64,000 bases of DNA from IMG/VR virus record IMGVR_UViG_3300037424_001060; one strand, given 5' to 3'. Source of the DNA: an uncultured virus (IMG/VR IMGVR_UViG_3300037424_001060). Its lineage: Duplodnaviria > Heunggongvirae > Uroviricota > Caudoviricetes. How positions within the stretch are numbered: the stretch's first letter is position 1; each line of letters starts with the position of its first letter. A program made the position numbers and the translations under genes. Below the pieces are notes generated by a model that was not told where the DNA came from, made no database searches, and was given only the letters and a program-made list of their open reading frames with translations. This document shows positions 59,096 to 64,000 of this stretch, piece by piece.

Positions 59096-61813
59096 TCATA
59101 TGTATTCTACCAGCCCCTCGTTTTCTTCATATGCTGGTTCTTCGTCCAGCTCTTCCAACTCTTCGATGTCCATGGGCGCTACATACACGCCATCATCGTA
59201 CACTTCCTTGATACCGTGTGGGCCTACATGCAGGGTGGCTTCCCCTCCGCCCTTTTTCCCGGCCCAGTTGTTCATTCGCTTCACCCACTTAATACCAATG
59301 AGTGGCACCCGATCGCGATACGATTCTACCACCTCAACAACTATGTCGGCCACCTCATCGGCGTGGTCTGGATGCGTCACTGTTAACACTTCGTCGTGGA
59401 TGTTGATAGGGGCCACTATCCATTCGCCGATCCCCGCCGGCTGCAAGTCCCAGATTCGCCGCTGCAAGTCTTTCGTAATGATGGCACCGGGCGACTGAAT
59501 CAAGTGGTTATTACCAGCTCGAATGTTAGCGGCCTGTATCTGGAACGCCGCGCCATACAGGGCGGAGGCCACTGCCCCGGCCGGGGTCTGGTCCTTTTCG
59601 CGTCGATTGACCTTGAAGTCCAGGTTGCACCAGTTGCGAGGCACATTGTGTGCCAAGTCAAATAGAGCCTTCGCTATTTTGTTCTCGATGGTGAAGTATC
59701 GGCGGAAGCCTAAGAACGTCTCAATATACTCAGCGGGTTCCTTGTAGGTGATCTTGCCGCCGTCCTCGTCCTGTGCCAGGGCCCCGAACATTTCCTCTAC
59801 CCGCTTGCGTGCTTCACGCATGCCAGGATATTTGTTCTGGAAATTCTCGCACGCCATCTCCGCGATCTTCATCTCGATGTTCAACTTCTTGTTGATCGTA
59901 GTATGGTCACCACCATACAGCAGGGCGAACACCGACTGCTTAGCACGCGTGTACATATCGACATCGCCGCCGTCCTTGAAGCCTTTACTGGCTTTGATCT
60001 GTGCTTCGTTCTTATCTGGGTACAGCTCCAATGCCATCAGGGTATGGATGGACTTTCCCGCCAGAAGATCCTCACGAAGCCGGGCATCTTGAAACACCGC
60101 GTCCGCGAGCGTCACTTCAAATCCGTCGAAGTCACCACCGCACAGGATCATGTCACCCCACATGAGCGGGAAGCTACTTCGTACTTCCTCGGAGCCCTTG
60201 ATCCCTTGGGCATTCAGACCGTCGCCGCCCGCCATTCTCGAAGAGAGGGTACCAATCACTTTGAAGCTGGCGTGGAATCTTCCGGCCTGCAACAACTTAC
60301 GGTACAGCTCTACTTCCTTCGCGGCTGCTTTGATCTTGAGAATTTCATCCGCCCGCTTCGCCGCGTTGGTGGGACCCAAGTAGAGAAAGCCTCTGCCGTC
60401 ACAGCGTGGGCATTCTCCGCCCTCTCCAAGGCAGCGAACACAGAACTCACCCCCCGGCTCACGTCCTGTGGCGAGACACCGAGGGCACTTGCCGTTGCCT
60501 TTACATCCGAGACAAAGCGGGTCCTCTGGTGGCTTTCCATTTTTATCAAGAGGTTCCAGACCGGTCCCCCCGCAGCGCACACACTTGCAACTTCCTTTGC
60601 AATCATGGCACGGCTCGTCGCACAGTGTTGGGTCCAGGGCATCTCTCGGAACGACATACTTGCTCCGTATCTTCTCTAAGTTTGCTTTTTTGGTACTCTT
60701 GTCAATCAGAGTAGCTTCACTCTCATCCATGACGTGCCGGATGTACGCCTTCACCTGCGCCGGCTTGTTGATGTTTACTGGAGATGCTTCGAGTACCGAT
60801 AGGGACTTACGCAACAGCAAATTGATTTGGTCAATGTCGATCGTGAAGCCATGCCACCGAACAGCCGACACCATGCAGGCGAGGACAGAGTCATCGTCAC
60901 CCGCTTCAGGGAATTCGAAGTATTCGTCCAACAGTCTGGTGTAGGTGACGTCGTCGCCGCCGTACTCTCTTGCTTCAAGATTGTTTCTCCAATGTTCGAT
61001 GTCACCTTTCAGCAAGGCGGGCCACGCGTAACCTTTCAGCTTCCCTTGCTTGTCAAATACTTTCCACTCTTTCTCCGCGTTGGACAGACCGAGAGCGAAG
61101 GGCACGTGTCCCAGCTCGGTCAGCTTGTGTTGCCGGACAGGATACACTTCCTTGAACGAGTGATAGGTGGGGTCCAGACCGAGGCAGTGCTGAGCAAGAT
61201 ACTTGAGCCCACGATTTGGCTTGAACTTGAGCGTGACATCCTTGAAGTTGGGATCTACTTGATCTTCCTTTCCTCGCTTGATTCGATCGTAGATACCCCA
61301 CTTGGGCGCGTTCTGATTGGCCCTCCCGGCGAACAGAATGCCGTCCAGCTCGATGCGCTTCTCCAGCTCATCGGCCAGCGGCTTGCACAAAATGGTGGGC
61401 ACCTTCGTTACACGGATGTCGTGCCGCGACATAAGGGACTGGAACTTACCCTTCCGTGAATGTAACATCAGGCAGATGACGTTCTTTGGCTTCAAGCAAG
61501 GGCCGTCGCGACCATCCATCTCAGCCTGCGCCAGAACCTCCACCGGCAACTCGCCCGGTATAGCGTCGGGCGGCAACAGGCGGAACATGGTGTAGATCTT
61601 GCAGATGTGAAACATGTCATAGGTGGCGTTGAAAAAGCAAAGAGTGTGCCTCATGAACTCTTCGATCAACGCGAGCGTGTCCTTCGCCGGCACGTCCCAC
61701 AAGTTGTGCAGCACCACAGGACCGTCTTCAAACGCGTATTGTAGCAGCGTGGCGAGTCCGTGGAATCCGATCGTCTCGCTGTCGATGTAGTAGCAGTCTT
61801 TTCTGAATCTCAT
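59096..61813 (-). CDS. polA: Family A DNA polymerase with 3'-5' exonuclease and a Cys-rich zinc-finger insert
   Basis: Exo DSET / FNATYD; GTLSSR; motif A DFDGFE; motif B RAKQSVFALLYG; motif C IHDEV. Confidence 0.92.
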   Translation of the reverse strand: MRFRKDCYYIDSETIGFHGLATLLQYAFEDGPVVLHNLWDVPAKDTLALIEEFMRHTLCFFNATYDMFHICKIYTMFRLLPPDAIPGELPVEVLAQAEMDGRDGPCLKPKNVICLMLHSRKGKFQSLMSRHDIRVTKVPTILCKPLADELEKRIELDGILFAGRANQNAPKWGIYDRIKRGKEDQVDPNFKDVTLKFKPNRGLKYLAQHCLGLDPTYHSFKEVYPVRQHKLTELGHVPFALGLSNAEKEWKVFDKQGKLKGYAWPALLKGDIEHWRNNLEAREYGGDDVTYTRLLDEYFEFPEAGDDDSVLACMVSAVRWHGFTIDIDQINLLLRKSLSVLEASPVNINKPAQVKAYIRHVMDESEATLIDKSTKKANLEKIRSKYVVPRDALDPTLCDEPCHDCKGSCKCVRCGGTGLEPLDKNGKPPEDPLCLGCKGNGKCPRCLATGREPGGEFCVRCLGEGGECPRCDGRGFLYLGPTNAAKRADEILKIKAAAKEVELYRKLLQAGRFHASFKVIGTLSSRMAGGDGLNAQGIKGSEEVRSSFPLMWGDMILCGGDFDGFEVTLADAVFQDARLREDLLAGKSIHTLMALELYPDKNEAQIKASKGFKDGGDVDMYTRAKQSVFALLYGGDHTTINKKLNIEMKIAEMACENFQNKYPGMREARKRVEEMFGALAQDEDGGKITYKEPAEYIETFLGFRRYFTIENKIAKALFDLAHNVPRNWCNLDFKVNRREKDQTPAGAVASALYGAAFQIQAANIRAGNNHLIQSPGAIITKDLQRRIWDLQPAGIGEWIVAPINIHDEVLTVTHPDHADEVADIVVEVVESYRDRVPLIGIKWVKRMNNWAGKKGGGEATLHVGPHGIKEVYDDGVYVAPMDIEELEELDEEPAYEENEGLVEYI

Positions 61814-64000
61814 AAGGCTACACCGTGCTCCAATACTTCAATATCATCGGGGTGAACCAGGAACGACTTTCCTTCCAGGCGGGTCTTGCACTTGTACAAT
61901 CGGATGTAGCGCGCCACTTCCAAGCGGGCAGGAACATCAGTATCAGGGCCGTAGAATGAGAAGCGGTCCCTGCCGGGCATGTACTTGCCAATGGCTCTCT
62001 TCACCGACCCCACAACCGTGCAACGAAACGGTGTCACGGCGTCGGTGCGGGTCAACCGCTTGTGGTCATCAGAATCATACTCTACACAGGACACCCGGCT
62101 GACGATCACTTCATCTCCCAACCGCAGTCCTAGCGGATTCGTCGGGGTCCTCATCGCAACACCAACTTGTGAACTTCGACGCGCCATCTTTCTTCTCCAT
62201 AGCGGCCCCAGACCAGGGTCGGTGAATACTGCGTGGAAGATGTGTAAACCGGCATGTCTCCATAATGTTTTTCAATTACCGCGACCTGTTCGCGGGCATA
62301 GTGCATCGCTGACATTACATCCTTGTAGACGTAGAACTCCGGGTCGCCGTGATCGTCGTACACGTACACCAGGAAAATCATGCCGAGGTTCAGCGCCGCC
62401 GCGATCTGGTGGGCCACGGAGGTTTCCCAGCATCTGCAAAATGGATTATCGGGGGCATCGGGGTCTTTTTCCCACACGTCGGATTCGTACGGCTCTTCGT
62501 CATATGGCTCGACGCTATACGTCTTTGTCATCAAACAGCTCCGGGTGAGGTATGTCGAATGTTCGTTGTCAGATCATAACCCTTAAAGATTTGCCGGCCG
62601 GTGAAATCGACTTGAGTAAGCATGCCATTCGCCGGGTTGCGGTAGATAGGCCAACAACATTTCTGGTACAGAATGTACCCGATGGACAACATGAAGTTAA
62701 TCGTTTTCTGTTGCTCGTTCATACATACTTCCCCACGTAGTTAGCAGGAAAAGGGTGATGGAAGTAGAAGATATTATTGTAGTCGAACAACAATTCCTTC
62801 ACTTCCGTGTATGACTGCCAGCACGGGGCCCAGTCTATCAGGTTCGGAATGTTGGGGTCGGTGTAAACTTGCATACACCTTTCACCGGGGACTACTCGAA
62901 CGGCCTTGATGTTGGGGAACCAGCAAGCCAACAGGGCGTCAAGCTGCGCGTCAAACGAGGCAGACACGCGACCAGAATACAGGTCGATGAATTCTTTCTC
63001 CGCGTCCACCCACAAACTGTGAAATGCCTTTACGCTCATCGGCCGAGGCCCCACTTCAACATCCTAATGACTTCCAGAGATGTGTAATATTCTGGGTAAC
63101 ACCGCATCTTGATGCACGACGTGAGGAAAAAAATAGCTACCAGTGACAAGATGGCGGTGAGTACCGAAAACGCGATGATTACAGGTGGCCGCAAATCATT
63201 GGCAATGATACCGCCGACAGACTTGCACGCCCACACCAGCCCGTTCACTGATGCGATCAACATAATTACGCTGACCACGAACAGGGTGAACTCGTTGATT
63301 AACGCCACCTTGTAGGCTTGCTCGGCGACGGTCGGCAGATCGTTTGTCACAATGCTGCTAAGATATTCCAGTAAACTTTCCATCATGCAACTCCCAGGGT
63401 GGAAAAGAGAACCTTTCGAAGATCGGCCAGATGCGAATCCTTCGCTTCAATGATGGCGTCCTGACGAAGCGGCTGGGCGGGGCGGTACCCGGCAAACCAC
63501 AGGGCGTCGAACAGGGATTGAAAACCTCTACCACTCTCGCGGTCGTCCATTCGAATCGCCGGTGGGTTGTGTTCTCCGGGCGTGTGATCCCGAAACGTAA
63601 GCGGGTCGGCCATCTTGACACTTCCGTCGCGCTCGCGCATCATGATGCGGAGTTCTTCGGCCTGCCACTCGATACAGTACATCAAATGAAACGCCATCCC
63701 CGGCTGATGGGTTTGTGGATACCACAGCATTACATTTTCTCCGTGACGGTACACTTCATGTGGTCGGGCGGGACGGGGGCGGCAATGAGTGGTATGGCAA
63801 CAACATTGTTGTTCTTCAGCCGAACAGCGTTGTGATGCGTTTTGCCGCTGTACATTGGCGGCAGCCGATTGGCGAGCAGTTTCTTGTTCTCTCTCGCTTG
63901 TGAGGGAGTCAAGTAAGCGTCCCGAAACGTGAACGTCTGAATGTCGTCGCTGTCATAGCCGGCTTCCAGTGCGTGGGCCCACAGCCCCATCACCTGTGTG

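Overview
This window reads as part of a large dsDNA bacteriophage genome. It has dense short ORFs, sigma70-type promoters, a family A DNA polymerase, an ATP-dependent ligase, HNH endonucleases and a tRNA cluster; no virion structural genes were recognised. The host is probably a planctomycete, judging from a TatA and a small 'KYLVFDLEATRRE' protein that resemble planctomycete ones from recall. There are three transcription blocks. (1) 1-10.1 kb, minus strand: a modular array of small, often very acidic genes. Each unit is bounded by a repeated intergenic element made of a 27-bp conserved motif, GC-rich hairpin microrepeats, an AT palindrome, a TTGACA/TATGTT promoter and a 5' hairpin. In three genes the motif itself supplies the last codons and the stop. 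Three more copies of the motif with a different central core sit at the strand-divergence point (10.2-10.3 kb). (2) 10.4-29.8 kb, plus strand: early/middle genes including HNHs, a PRTase, a GHKL-like ATPase, Thg1, a CAP-domain protein and an RlaP-like nucleotidyltransferase. (3) 29.8-64 kb, minus strand: DNA metabolism and auxiliary genes (MTase, GNAT, PD-(D/E)XK nuclease, Stf0 sulfotransferase, ligase, sigma-like factor, HAD, VRR-NUC, radical SAM, DEDD exonuclease, and a PolA with a DnaJ-type zinc-finger insert). This block also holds an RNA cluster (54.2-57.9 kb) with a few recognisable tRNAs and at least four tRNA-shaped RNAs whose anticodon arm is replaced by tetraloops or branched structures. 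The cassette array and the anticodon-less tRNA-like RNAs are the best candidates for undescribed systems. All functional calls come from motifs recognised by eye; no database searches were run.
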